This document shows positions 1 through 10,005 of a DNA stretch of 64,000 nt, one piece after another. Every line of letters starts with the position of its first letter. Position 1 is the stretch's first letter. The notes under the pieces were generated by a model. That model was not told where the DNA came from. It ran no database searches and worked only from the letters and a program-made list of their open reading frames with translations. The position numbers were made by a program, and so were the translations under genes. Source of the stretch: an uncultured Anaeroplasmataceae bacterium (GTDB lineage: Bacteria > Bacillota_I > Bacilli_A > Acholeplasmatales > Anaeroplasmataceae); NCBI GenBank assembly GCA_944325035.1, contig CALUYM010000002.1, positions 7,329-71,328 on the forward strand. Direction: 5' to 3'.

Positions 1-2301
1 GGAAAGAGTTACGCAGGACTTTTAGTAGGTAGAAAGACGATTAATGGTATTACTGTAGACCAAATTACTGTAAAAGCTAATAGCTCAACAAGTGGAAACT
101 ATGGTGGAGGATTAGTAGGTGATGCACGTGATATGAATAAAGGGGATGTATCATTTACAAATCTAGATATTGATTTAAATATGAACGTAGTAAATAATAC
201 TGGTGGATTACTTATTGGTAGAAGCGATGGGTCTAAAATGGGGAAGACAATCGTTAGAAATGTTAGAATTAATGCCAATATTACAGGGCAATCTACTAAA
301 GCAGGGTGCTTATTTGACGGGGCAAGTAAGATAGAGGATTATTTATGTGAAAATGTATTGTTAAGCGCTAATTGTAGTGACGGTATAACAAGTGATTTTT
401 ATACAGGTCAAAAATATGGACCAACATCAGCTAATAACATTTGGTTTATTGAAGATAAAACTAACGCAACTAATACATCAGGTGTACCACAAGCTATTCA
501 ATCTAAAGATTTAAATGCTGAGTGGTATTATAATGTTCTAGGTTTAGATAAAGATATTTGGGTGACTGAATCAAATGGTACAGTTAAATTAAAAGGAGCT
601 TCGTCAAATGTAATAGTAGAAGCTGCAGAACTTTTAAAAATTGAAGTATTTGAATCTCGTGCTAAAACATATTATTATTTTGAAGAAGCATTTACAAGTG
701 AAAACCTTGTAGTCCTTGGAACATATAAGAATCCAGATGGCAATATTTTACAAGCAAACTTATCAACTGTAGAAGTTGCAAATCTTGGTTCGTATAAAAT
801 TGATGATTCAGAATTTAACAATAAGAAAGCCGGTACATATACAATTAATGTAATTGCTTCTAAAAAGTTTATAACAGATGAAAATCCAGATGATGAAATA
901 TATGGATGGATTGCTAATGGTTCATATTCTGTTACTGTAAATATGATTGAAAAACTAAGTGTTTATGATCAAGAAGCAAATCGTATCTTCCTAAAAGGCG
1001 AATCATTTGATGATACTGGATTAGTTGTTAAAGCTATCTTCTCAAATAACTCAGATAGCACTGATGATAATGTAGAATCAACAATGCATAATAGTGAAGA
1101 AAAAACATTCTATAATTTAGATACATCTCAATTTAAATCGGATACTGTAGGTTCATATACAATTAAAGTATCTGCAACTGAGAATGGTACAGCATTTAGT
1201 AATGAATATGTAGTTGAAGTAGTGGACGCAATTGATGTAACTGGTTTAACTGAAGTAAGTGTCACAGTTGATGCTAATGCCCAAAGTACAACTATTGACA
1301 CAGAAAATAAAACTGCAACATTCAACTCTATTAGCAAAGCTTTAGACTATTTAGAGTCATTAAAACTTGCTGATAGTGTTGCTAAGATTATTAATCTAAA
1401 AAATGGTAAATATGAAGAAAAGATAACTGTTTCTATTCCTAATGTATCATTTGTAGGAGAAAGTCAAGATGGCGTTATTATCGCGTATGGCGCTGCTGCA
1501 GGTCATAAATACTTAGATGAATCAAAAGGTAATTATGGTACAGATAAATCGGCTACTGTACTAGTAGAAGCTGATTTATTTACTGCTAAAAACGTAACAT
1601 TTGTTAACTCATTTGATTATAACAATGACAATTCAGTATCAGATAAACAAGCTTTAGCAATTGGAGTTTATGCTGATCAAGCTGTATTCTACAATTGTTC
1701 ATTTAAGGGATATCAAGATACTCTTCAAACCAAAGAAGGACGTTCTTATTTCTATGAATGTTATATTGAAGGTAATGTAGACTTTATATTTGGTGTTGAT
1801 TGTACAACTTATTTCAATAAGTGCGAAATCAAATCTTTAAATAGAGAAAGTTCATCAAATGGAGGATATATTGTAGCTCCTAAGACAGAGGAAAAATACA
1901 CTTATGGTTTCTATTTCAATGAGTGTAATTTTACAGCAGAAACAGGTGTAGTAGATGGTACTGTTTCAATTGCTCGTCCATGGGGAGCTAAAGGTACATG
2001 TGTAGTAATGAATTCGACATTAGGAAAGCATATTTCAAAATTAGGCTATAAAGATGGTAATACTAATAAGATAAATTCTCGTTATGAAGATATGAGTGGA
2101 AACTTACCTGTAAATGCTAATTTTAAAGAATACAATAACACAGGTGATGCGGCTATTACTGAAGCTGTAGAAGGTTGTACAATGCTTACTAAAGAAGAGG
2201 CAGATGCTCTTATTGTTCTTACTAATTTATATAAAGCAGATGCGTCTTTAGAATTTGAAGCATGGGATGCTCAAGCTGTATTAGATAAATTAATGAAATA
2301 G
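1..2301 (+). CDS. Large surface/secreted protein, 5'-truncated by the window edge: GLUG-like beta-helix repeats, two Ig-like repeats and a C-terminal pectinesterase (CE8) domain
   Basis: Frame 1 is open from nt 1 with no stop before the ATG at 133, so the gene starts upstream. Pectin methylesterase signatures are present: QALAI, GYQDTLQ, GNVDFIFG, ARPWG. The N-terminal part has GGLVG/GGLLIG repeats. Two roughly 90-aa repeats begin LLKIEVFES and IEKLSVYDQE. Confidence 0.8.
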   Translation, partial: GKSYAGLLVGRKTINGITVDQITVKANSSTSGNYGGGLVGDARDMNKGDVSFTNLDIDLNMNVVNNTGGLLIGRSDGSKMGKTIVRNVRINANITGQSTKAGCLFDGASKIEDYLCENVLLSANCSDGITSDFYTGQKYGPTSANNIWFIEDKTNATNTSGVPQAIQSKDLNAEWYYNVLGLDKDIWVTESNGTVKLKGASSNVIVEAAELLKIEVFESRAKTYYYFEEAFTSENLVVLGTYKNPDGNILQANLSTVEVANLGSYKIDDSEFNNKKAGTYTINVIASKKFITDENPDDEIYGWIANGSYSVTVNMIEKLSVYDQEANRIFLKGESFDDTGLVVKAIFSNNSDSTDDNVESTMHNSEEKTFYNLDTSQFKSDTVGSYTIKVSATENGTAFSNEYVVEVVDAIDVTGLTEVSVTVDANAQSTTIDTENKTATFNSISKALDYLESLKLADSVAKIINLKNGKYEEKITVSIPNVSFVGESQDGVIIAYGAAAGHKYLDESKGNYGTDKSATVLVEADLFTAKNVTFVNSFDYNNDNSVSDKQALAIGVYADQAVFYNCSFKGYQDTLQTKEGRSYFYECYIEGNVDFIFGVDCTTYFNKCEIKSLNRESSSNGGYIVAPKTEEKYTYGFYFNECNFTAETGVVDGTVSIARPWGAKGTCVVMNSTLGKHISKLGYKDGNTNKINSRYEDMSGNLPVNANFKEYNNTGDAAITEAVEGCTMLTKEEADALIVLTNLYKADASLEFEAWDAQAVLDKLMK

Positions 2302-2392
2302 TAAAAATAAGAATACTCATTTTAATGGGTATTCTTTTCTTTATAAATTACAATATTTAAGTTATAATCTAATAAGAAAAGAGGGATGAAAT

Positions 2393-3697
2393 GTGCTAGA
2401 TTTAAAAAATGTATTTAAGTATTTTGAAAAAGAAAATTTAATTGAAATTGAATTATTTAATTTTGATTATTTTTTTGAAAATATTGATATTCTTAAAAAA
2501 AATGGATTTCACTTAATTGAAGAAAAGAACCTAAATTATTATTTTGAAGGAAAGAAAAAACTTGTTTTAAAGATTAATACTGGATATTTAGATTTAAAAA
2601 CTAAAATGCCAGATTATAAAGATTCAATGGTTAATTTAGTTTCTTCCTTTAAAAAGTACTATAATCGTCCTATCGAATATAGTACTATTGAAGATGTGGA
2701 TAATATTTTAAGTGAAAAAGAATATAAACATGTTGTATTCTTAATTTTAGATGGATTAGCTCCTTACATTTTAAATGATGTCTTGGATGAAAATTCGTTT
2801 TTAAGAAAATATTTTAAGCGATCTATGAGTGCAGTTTTTCCGCCTACTACAGCTTGTGCTATTCCTGCTAGCGCATCAGGAAAATTAGCTTATCAAACCG
2901 GTTGGCTTGGATGGGAAAATTATTTTCCTAATTTAAACAAGCATTTAGTTCTTTTTTCAGGTGAAGATTATCTAAGTCATGAACAAACAGGAATAAACAT
3001 TAGGAAAGATATTTTGCCTTATGATCTTTTTTTTGAAGATTTAGGTGTTAAGTTTGATGATTTAGAACCAAGCTTTAGACCAGATGGCTTTTTAACATTT
3101 AGAGATATGTTAAAAAAGATTAAAAATATTTCAAATGATAATAAAAAAACATTTACTTATGCGTATTGGACTGAACCTGACTCTACTATGCATCGTTATG
3201 GTGTTTATAGTAACGAAACAAAAGAAGTTATCACGAAATTATCCAATGAATTAGATGAACTTGTGAATAATCTAGGTGATGATACAGTATTAGTTATCAC
3301 TGCTGATCATGGACATCAAGATTGTATTCCAATAGATTTATATAAATTTGATGAGTTATATGATAAATTAGAAAGATTACCTTCAAATGAAGGTAGAGCA
3401 TTATGTTTTAAAGTCAAATCTGGACAAGAAGATGATTTTTTAAATTTGTTTAACTTATATTTTAAATCAATATATGATATTTATTCTAAAGAAGAATTTT
3501 TACAAAAAGGTTTTTTAGGTGAAATAAAAGGGGAATTAAATTCTTACTTAAATGATTTTTTAGGTAATTTTATTGCGGTGGCTAAATCTAATTATTATTT
3601 TTCATATGTTCACACTGATTTTATTTTTAAGTCGCATCATGCCGGAATTACTAAAAATGAAATGGAAACACCACTTATAATCTATACTAAAAATTAA
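2393..3697 (+). CDS. Alkaline phosphatase superfamily metalloenzyme (phosphodiesterase/PglZ-like fold)
   Basis: 434-aa ORF with a GTG start after GAGGGA. Motifs FLILDGL, VFPPTTACAIPASASG and ITADHGH are typical of the alkaline phosphatase/NPP superfamily. Confidence 0.6.
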   Translation: MLDLKNVFKYFEKENLIEIELFNFDYFFENIDILKKNGFHLIEEKNLNYYFEGKKKLVLKINTGYLDLKTKMPDYKDSMVNLVSSFKKYYNRPIEYSTIEDVDNILSEKEYKHVVFLILDGLAPYILNDVLDENSFLRKYFKRSMSAVFPPTTACAIPASASGKLAYQTGWLGWENYFPNLNKHLVLFSGEDYLSHEQTGINIRKDILPYDLFFEDLGVKFDDLEPSFRPDGFLTFRDMLKKIKNISNDNKKTFTYAYWTEPDSTMHRYGVYSNETKEVITKLSNELDELVNNLGDDTVLVITADHGHQDCIPIDLYKFDELYDKLERLPSNEGRALCFKVKSGQEDDFLNLFNLYFKSIYDIYSKEEFLQKGFLGEIKGELNSYLNDFLGNFIAVAKSNYYFSYVHTDFIFKSHHAGITKNEMETPLIIYTKN

Positions 3698-3705
3698 TAG
3701 TAAAA

Positions 3706-3731
3706 AATTCAGGATTAATCCTGAATTTTTT
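3706..3731. terminator. Bidirectional hairpin terminator between convergent genes
   Basis: Near-perfect palindrome AATTCAGGAT-T-AATCCTGAATT flanked by an A-run and a T-run. It abuts the MATE gene stop. Confidence 0.6.
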
Positions 3732-5082
3732 ATATAGATTCTACTAGTTCACTCATATAGATACTGCTTTTGGAATATTGACGTTTAAAAATAAACGCCG
3801 TAAGAATTAAAGTAATGGCTTCTGCCACTGGAATAGCTAGAAGAAGTCCTGTAACTTCGAAGAAATAGCTTAGTAAGTAAATATTAATAATAATGAATAC
3901 AAAAGTTCTTAAAAAAGATAATAATGCACTGGTAAATCCATCTGATAAAGCGGTAAAGAAAGCAGATGAGAAAATATTAGCGCCAGTCATTAAGAAACTA
4001 ATAGCAAATAATTTTAATCCTATATTAATTAAACTATAAATTGTTTCATTATTATTACTGAAAATTTGAGCCAAAAGGCTTGCAATTAATATTGTTAACA
4101 AACAAATAAAAGCAGACGAAATAGCAATAAAGATATAACTCACTTTCGCAAAATATTTAATTTTTTCCTCTTTTTTTGCTCCAAAATTATAGCTAATTAC
4201 TGGTGCAATACCAATTGAATATCCCATAAAAATTGATGTAAATAGATATTGACAATAAAGAATGACTGACATAGCAACAACACCATCATTACCTACAAAT
4301 TTAAGCATTAAAGCATTAAAAATTAACGTTGTTATGGCAGTTGATAGATTTGTAACCATTTCAGAAGAGCCATTTCCCATTGATTTTAAAATATATGAGT
4401 AATTAAAAACGGGTTTTGCAAAATGTAGACCTTTTTTTCTTACGAAAAAATAAATTGTACCTGGAATTGCAGTCATCATATAACCGATTACAGTTGCATA
4501 AGCAGCTCCTTCAATTCCCATGTTAAGTGGTCCCATAAATAAATAATCTAAAATCATATTAGCTAGTCCTGATATAATTGTTAAACATAGGCCAAGTCTA
4601 GGTTTACCTGCTACTACAAAAAAACTTTGAAATAGCATTTGAATCATTGCAAATGGACTAAAAAATAAGAAAATAGTTATATAAATTTTAGCATCTTGAT
4701 AAGTATTATTATCAGTACCTAAAAAACTAAGTAAAGGTTTGATAAAAATGATGCTAAAAATAAGCCCTAATAAAGCAAAAATAATGCTTATAAAATAAAG
4801 ACTAGTGAAAATCCGATTTCCTGTATGTTCATCTCTTTCTCCAAAAAATTTAGCAACCAAAGCACTACCACCAGTTGCGAACATTACTCCTATTGCGATA
4901 AAGATACTTATTAATGGATAAACTAAGCTTAATGCGGCAAAAGCATCATTACCTACGTATGTTGATACAAAGAAACCATCGACAATTGTATAACTAGACA
5001 TAAATATCATCATCACGATAGAAGGAAGTGCAAATACTAGTAGTTCTTTAAATGAACTAATACTACCAATATTTTTTTTCAT
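3730..5082 (-). CDS. MATE family multidrug efflux transporter
   Basis: 450-aa polytopic membrane protein with about 12 hydrophobic segments. The N-terminus (FALPSIVMMIFMSSYTIVDGFFVS) and overall length are typical of MatE/NorM-type proteins. Confidence 0.85.
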   Translation of the reverse strand: MKKNIGSISSFKELLVFALPSIVMMIFMSSYTIVDGFFVSTYVGNDAFAALSLVYPLISIFIAIGVMFATGGSALVAKFFGERDEHTGNRIFTSLYFISIIFALLGLIFSIIFIKPLLSFLGTDNNTYQDAKIYITIFLFFSPFAMIQMLFQSFFVVAGKPRLGLCLTIISGLANMILDYLFMGPLNMGIEGAAYATVIGYMMTAIPGTIYFFVRKKGLHFAKPVFNYSYILKSMGNGSSEMVTNLSTAITTLIFNALMLKFVGNDGVVAMSVILYCQYLFTSIFMGYSIGIAPVISYNFGAKKEEKIKYFAKVSYIFIAISSAFICLLTILIASLLAQIFSNNNETIYSLINIGLKLFAISFLMTGANIFSSAFFTALSDGFTSALLSFLRTFVFIIINIYLLSYFFEVTGLLLAIPVAEAITLILTAFIFKRQYSKSSIYMSELVESI

Positions 5083-5107
5083 AATTTCACTTTCCTTTCA
5101 CTTGGCA

Positions 5108-5140
5108 ACTATAGTATAATCTATAGTGTAACACTATAGT
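5108..5140. promoter_or_regulatory. Candidate MerR operator/promoter in the MATE-MerR divergent spacer
   Basis: Palindrome ACTATAG-TATAAT-CTATAGT at 5108-5127 embeds a -10-like TATAAT and is preceded by TTGGCA at 5102-5107. A third half-site, CACTATAGT, lies at 5132-5140. Confidence 0.4.
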
Positions 5141-5153
5141 CAAGAGGTGCATT

Positions 5154-5951
5154 ATGAGTAAAACTTATTTAACTACAAAAGAATTTGCTGATTTATTTGG
5201 TATTACTAAACATACACTTTTTCATTATGATGAAATGGGAATTTTTAAACCGGCTTATGTGAATGAAAAAGGATATCGTTTCTATAGCATTTATCAATAT
5301 GATATGTTAGATACAATTATCGATTTAAGACGTTTCGGAATGAGTTTATCTGATATAAAAAAATATTTAGATGAAAGAAATCCTACTAAACTCTTGTCAT
5401 TATACGACGAAGAATTGAGTAAAATTAGGCAGGATATTAGGAATTTAAAATTAATGGAAAAAAATTTAACAATTATCAAAAAAGAAGTATTAGATGCATT
5501 AAAAAATGTTGATAAACTTTTAATCATTGAAGAAAACGAAGAGTATTTAATTCTATCTAAAGAGGTAAACTCTCCTTCAGATATGTCATATTTTAAATTA
5601 TTAGGAGATACCTTAAAGAAGAATCGTGGTTTTGAAGCACAAAGTATTGTCGGAACTAGACTTATTACAGAAGAAGTTTTAAATGGCAAGTATTATAATA
5701 AATTAAGCTGCTATATAAAAACAATGATAAAAGATGAAGATGCATTTATTAAAGAAAAAGGTAGATATTTAACTTTTTATCATCAAGGTGACATATTAAA
5801 AATAGATAATGCATATCTAAAGATTTCTAATTATATCAAGGATAAGAATTTGAAAGTAGATAGTTTTTTCTATGAGGAATTAGTTGTAGGTGAATGGGCA
5901 ACTAAAAATAATGATGAAATGATTTATAAAATTAGTGTTAAGTTATTATAA
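5154..5951 (+). CDS. MerR family transcriptional regulator with a C-terminal effector-binding (GyrI/BmrR-like) domain
   Basis: N-terminal MerR helix-turn-helix (YLTTKEFADLFGITKHTLFHYDEMGI...GYRFY), a coiled-coil linker and a roughly 150-aa C-terminal domain. It is divergent from the MATE pump gene. Confidence 0.85.
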   Translation: MSKTYLTTKEFADLFGITKHTLFHYDEMGIFKPAYVNEKGYRFYSIYQYDMLDTIIDLRRFGMSLSDIKKYLDERNPTKLLSLYDEELSKIRQDIRNLKLMEKNLTIIKKEVLDALKNVDKLLIIEENEEYLILSKEVNSPSDMSYFKLLGDTLKKNRGFEAQSIVGTRLITEEVLNGKYYNKLSCYIKTMIKDEDAFIKEKGRYLTFYHQGDILKIDNAYLKISNYIKDKNLKVDSFFYEELVVGEWATKNNDEMIYKISVKLL

Positions 5952-6083
5952 TCTTTTTAAAAGTTGTAGAAAAAATAGAAAAATACTTTATAATAAATTT
6001 GTTAAATACGTTTTCATTAACCAAAGTTGAAAAAACGTGTTATAATTTTAAAGGTTATTTACCTATGAAAGAAGGACAATTTT

Positions 6084-7910
6084 ATGGAAATTAGAAATGT
6101 TGCAATTATTGCTCACGTTGACCATGGGAAGACTACTTTAGTTGACTCCCTTTTAAAGAGCTCACATACTTTCCGTGACAACCAAGTGGTTGAAACTTGT
6201 GTAATGGATTCAAATGCCATTGAACGTGAACGTGGAATTACAATTTTAGCTAAAAATACAGCAATTAAATACAATGATGTTAAAATTAATATCTTAGATA
6301 CTCCAGGACATGCAGACTTTGGTGGCGAAGTTGAACGTATTATGTCAATGGTTGATGGAGTAGTACTTGTTGTTGATGCTTATGAAGGAACGATGCCACA
6401 AACTCGTTTCGTATTAAAGAAAGCTTTAGAAGCTGGTCGTCGCCCAATTGTGGTTGTTAATAAAATTGACAAACCAAGTGCACGTCCTGCTGAAGTACTT
6501 GATGAAGTTCTTGAATTATTAATGGATTTAGGAGCTGATGATTCACAATTAGATTTCCCGATTTGTTATACATCAGCAATTAATAATACTAGTTCGCTAA
6601 ATCCAGATCCAGCTACTCAACAACCAAGTATGGCTAATTTATTAGATTTAATTATTAAACATGTACCAGCCCCTAACCAAGATGTAAATAGTCCTCTTCA
6701 ATTCCAACCTGCTTTATTAGATTATAATGACTTCGTTGGACGTATTGGAATTGGACGTATTGTTCGTGGAACTATAAAAAATGGTCAAACTGTATCTTGC
6801 TGTCGTACAGATGGGTCAGTAAAACAATTTAAAGTTCAAAAACTATATAGCTTTTTTGGATTAGATCGTATTGAAGTTGCTGAAGCTAGCGCTGGTGAAA
6901 TTATTGCTGTTGCAGGACTAACAGATATTTCAGTAGGTGAAACTATTTGTCCAATTGGACAAGAAGAACCTCTTCCACTGATTGCGGTTACTGAACCGAC
7001 ACTTCAAATGACATTTGGAACTAACACGTCTCCATTTTGTGGAAAAGATGGTAAATTAGTTACTGCCTCTAAGATTGAAGATAGACTAATGCGTGAAGTT
7101 CAAAAGGATGTTTCCCTTCGAGTTGAACGTATTGGAAATGCTGAAGAATGGGTTGTATCAGGACGTGGAGAATTACATTTTTCAGTTTTAATTGAAAATA
7201 TGCGTCGTGAGGGATATGAATTCCAAGTTTCACGTCCACATGCAATTTTAAAAGAAGTGGATGGAATTATGTGTGAACCATATGAAGAAGTAGTAGTTGA
7301 TGCCCCATCTGAATGCATTGGTTCAGTAATTGAACTTTTAGGAAATCGTAAAGGTATTATGAAACATATGGAAAATACAACTGACACCCAATCACGTGTT
7401 ATATATGAAATTCCATCACGTGGATTAATTGGTTTTAATACAGATTTTATGACTGTTACTAAAGGTTATGGTATTATTAGTCATTCATTCTTAGATTATC
7501 GTCCAATGGAAAATATGAATGCTGTAAAACGTAGCATTGGTGTATTAGTATCAATGGCTCAAGGACAATCTACAGCTTATGCCTTAGGTCAATTGGAAGA
7601 TAGAGGTATTATGTTTATCGAACCTGGTGAAGAAATCTATGAAGGTATGATTGTTGGTCAATCTAATCGTGATTTAGATATGGCAGTAAATGTTGTTAAG
7701 GCTAAGCAACAAACAAATACACGTTCTTCAAATAAGGATATGACAGTTGTATTAAAACGTCCAATGATTCTTACTCAAGAACAATGCTTAGAATTTATTA
7801 ATGATGACGAATTAGTAGAAATTACGCCTAATCATATTCGTCTTCGCAAGAAAATTTTAGATACAACTGAGCGTAAAAAATATGATGCTAGAATGCGTGA
7901 TAGTGAATAA
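6084..7910 (+). CDS. typA: Translational GTPase TypA/BipA
   Basis: G motifs AHVDHGKTT, DTPGH and NKID are present. The 608-aa EF-G-like architecture and the C-terminal region are typical of BipA. Confidence 0.95.
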   Translation: MEIRNVAIIAHVDHGKTTLVDSLLKSSHTFRDNQVVETCVMDSNAIERERGITILAKNTAIKYNDVKINILDTPGHADFGGEVERIMSMVDGVVLVVDAYEGTMPQTRFVLKKALEAGRRPIVVVNKIDKPSARPAEVLDEVLELLMDLGADDSQLDFPICYTSAINNTSSLNPDPATQQPSMANLLDLIIKHVPAPNQDVNSPLQFQPALLDYNDFVGRIGIGRIVRGTIKNGQTVSCCRTDGSVKQFKVQKLYSFFGLDRIEVAEASAGEIIAVAGLTDISVGETICPIGQEEPLPLIAVTEPTLQMTFGTNTSPFCGKDGKLVTASKIEDRLMREVQKDVSLRVERIGNAEEWVVSGRGELHFSVLIENMRREGYEFQVSRPHAILKEVDGIMCEPYEEVVVDAPSECIGSVIELLGNRKGIMKHMENTTDTQSRVIYEIPSRGLIGFNTDFMTVTKGYGIISHSFLDYRPMENMNAVKRSIGVLVSMAQGQSTAYALGQLEDRGIMFIEPGEEIYEGMIVGQSNRDLDMAVNVVKAKQQTNTRSSNKDMTVVLKRPMILTQEQCLEFINDDELVEITPNHIRLRKKILDTTERKKYDARMRDSE

Positions 7911-7915
7911 TAATC

Positions 7916-7947
7916 ATCCTGTAATTTTACAGGATTTTATTTTTTTA
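7916..7947 (+). terminator. Rho-independent terminator of typA
   Basis: Stem ATCCTGT / ACAGGAT followed by a T-run. Confidence 0.7.
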
Positions 7948-8029
7948 GAGAATAAATGATTAAAAAATTAAATATTAACGAATTTTAAAAAAAATATTAA
8001 GGAATATAGAATAAAATAGTCTTATTATT

Positions 8030-8079
8030 AAAAATAAAAACCTATAAGAAAATCCAATTAGTTTTGGTTCTTATAGGTT
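8030..8079 (-). terminator. Rho-independent terminator of pepT
   Basis: 12-bp stem AACCTATAAGAA / TTCTTATAGGTT. The plus-strand A-run before it gives a U-run on the minus strand. Confidence 0.7.
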
Positions 8080-8125
8080 TTATATAATATTATTATAAAT
8101 TTAAAAGTTTTATTCAATTATTATC

Positions 8126-9328
8126 TTATTTATCAGTTAGAATAGTTTTAACTACTTCTACCATTTTTTCCATTTCATACATATCTGCATATTCATGAAT
8201 ACCATGGCAATTATATCCACCAGTAGCAAGGTTAGGTGTATTAATTCCCATAAAAGTAAGACGAGCACCATCAGTACCACCACGGATTGGATCGATATTA
8301 ACTTCAAGTCCTAGTTTTTTATAAGCAGCTAATGCTTTATTAACCGAGCGCATATCTTTTTCGATTACTTCACGCATATTACGATAACTATCTTCTAATT
8401 CAACTATACAAGTTCCAGCTCCGTATTTTGCGTTAATGAAATTCATGGCATTAATAAAATCATTTTTTTGTCGATTCAAGATAGTTAAATCATGATTTCT
8501 TAAAATGTAATGCATTGAGGCATGACCAGTTTCACCCTTGATAGAAGTTAAGTGATTAAAGCCATCATATCTATCAGTATATTCAGGAGCCATTTGCACT
8601 GGAAGAAGGGAATCAAATTCCATTGCTACTTTACTTGCATTAATCATCTTGTTTTTAGCACCTCCAGGATGTATTTCAAAACCCTTGATAGTAACTTTTG
8701 CAGATGAAGCATTAAAATTTTCATAAGAAAATTCTCTAAAATCACCGCCATCAACTGTATACGCATAATCAACTTTGAACTTTGATGTATCAAAGCTCAT
8801 AATTCCAGTTCCGATTTCTTCATCAGGTGTAAAGGCAACCTTTATTTCTCCATGCTTGATATTATTAGTAATAATATCTTCTAAAGCTGTCATTATGATT
8901 GCAATTCCTGCTTTATCATCAGCCCCCAATACAGTATTTCCACTAGTTGTAACTAATTGATGAGAAACTTTTGTTTTTAGAATAGGAAATTCATCAGGAT
9001 TTAAAAATGCACCATGTCCTAAATCAATTATTCCACCATCGTAGTTGTCAATTACTTTAGGATCTACATTCTTACCACTAACTTCAGGAATTGTATCCAT
9101 ATGTGCTAAAAGTCCAATTGTTTCAAACCCATCATCATTTTTTGGTAAAGTAGCAAATACGGTACACTTATCATTTACGAAAGCATCACTCAGACCTAAT
9201 GTTTTTAATTCATCAACTAATATATGTGCTAAATCCCACTGATTTTGTGTAGAAGGAGTTAAACCTGAATTGTCATCAGACATTGTATTTATTTTTACAT
9301 ATTTTAAAAAACGTTCTAATAATTTCAT
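8126..9328 (-). CDS. pepT: Peptidase T (tripeptide aminopeptidase, M20B)
   Basis: The full-length 400-aa protein is collinear with PepT: LERFLKYVKINT, GLLAHMDT, LGADDKAGIA, FTPDEEIG, IRGGTDG. Confidence 0.9.
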   Translation of the reverse strand: MKLLERFLKYVKINTMSDDNSGLTPSTQNQWDLAHILVDELKTLGLSDAFVNDKCTVFATLPKNDDGFETIGLLAHMDTIPEVSGKNVDPKVIDNYDGGIIDLGHGAFLNPDEFPILKTKVSHQLVTTSGNTVLGADDKAGIAIIMTALEDIITNNIKHGEIKVAFTPDEEIGTGIMSFDTSKFKVDYAYTVDGGDFREFSYENFNASSAKVTIKGFEIHPGGAKNKMINASKVAMEFDSLLPVQMAPEYTDRYDGFNHLTSIKGETGHASMHYILRNHDLTILNRQKNDFINAMNFINAKYGAGTCIVELEDSYRNMREVIEKDMRSVNKALAAYKKLGLEVNIDPIRGGTDGARLTFMGINTPNLATGGYNCHGIHEYADMYEMEKMVEVVKTILTDK

Positions 9329-9509
9329 TAAATCACCATTCCTTTAAGCCATTATACTCTATCTTTAATATTTTTTCTAGTTTAGTATAAATTTATAAAT
9401 ACTAATTTTTAGAGATTAATTTTTCAAAACGTGTTATTGTTTGATTTTTATTAAAGGTTTATGTATAATAAAAATAGTTTGAATATCAAAATGAAAGGCG
9501 GATTAGTTC

Positions 9510-9944
9510 ATGAATGCTAAGGAGATAATAAACGAACTGTTAGTCGATGTATTTAATCATATTGTAGATATTGAAGAAGATGAGCTAAAAAAAGCGGGTG
9601 TTAAACTTTCGATGAAAGAAGTGCATGCTATTGAAGCAATATCTTTAACAGAAGATAAAACGATGAGTAATGTCGCTAAAAAACTAAGAATAACAGTAGG
9701 CTCTCTTACAATTTGTATTGATCGCTTAGTTTCTAAAGGTTATGTTAAACGAGTTAATGATGAGTTCGATCGTAGAAAAGTTTTGATTGAATTAACTAAA
9801 AAGGGCGAAGAAGTCTTAGCTACACATGTTAAGTTTCACGAACAAATGTTAAATGATGCTTTAGGTGATTTATCAATCGAAGAAAACGAAGTCTTAATTA
9901 AATCACTAGAAAATATAAAAAATTACTTTAAATTTAAATATTAG
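9510..9944 (+). CDS. MarR family transcriptional regulator
   Basis: 144-aa winged helix-turn-helix protein (MSNVAKKLRITVGSLTICIDRLVSKGYVKRVNDEFDRRKVLIELT). Confidence 0.8.
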   Translation: MNAKEIINELLVDVFNHIVDIEEDELKKAGVKLSMKEVHAIEAISLTEDKTMSNVAKKLRITVGSLTICIDRLVSKGYVKRVNDEFDRRKVLIELTKKGEEVLATHVKFHEQMLNDALGDLSIEENEVLIKSLENIKNYFKFKY

Positions 9945-10005
9945 TTAATTAACCATACCAACTCCTAATTCCTTACATATATTATAAGGGTTAGGAGTTT
10001 TTAAA

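Noticed and set aside
2393-3697. Possibility that the alkaline-phosphatase-fold protein is a PglZ component of a BREX/defence system.
   Set aside because: No other BREX or PglZ-associated genes (methyltransferase PglX, ATPase BrxC, Lon-like BrxL) are nearby. Its neighbours are a pectinesterase and a MATE pump, so it is most simply a stand-alone metabolic phosphodiesterase.
5294-5689. 131-aa minus-strand ORF inside the MerR gene. It stands for the many track ORFs of this kind: 1128..1337, 7100..7387, 8775..8960, 9045..9242, 10301..10763, 13062..13259, 17068..17325, 18013..18351, 20950..21153, 22799..23017, 26098..26367, 26590..26775, 28347..28589, 31629..31829, 38616..39200, 42912..43130, 47207..47485, 51717..51905, 54235..54456, 56915..57217, 61382..61870, 63088..63273.
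   Set aside because: All lie antisense to, or out of frame within, much longer ORFs that have clear family motifs. They lack ribosome-binding sites and have low-complexity composition typical of shadow ORFs in AT-rich DNA.
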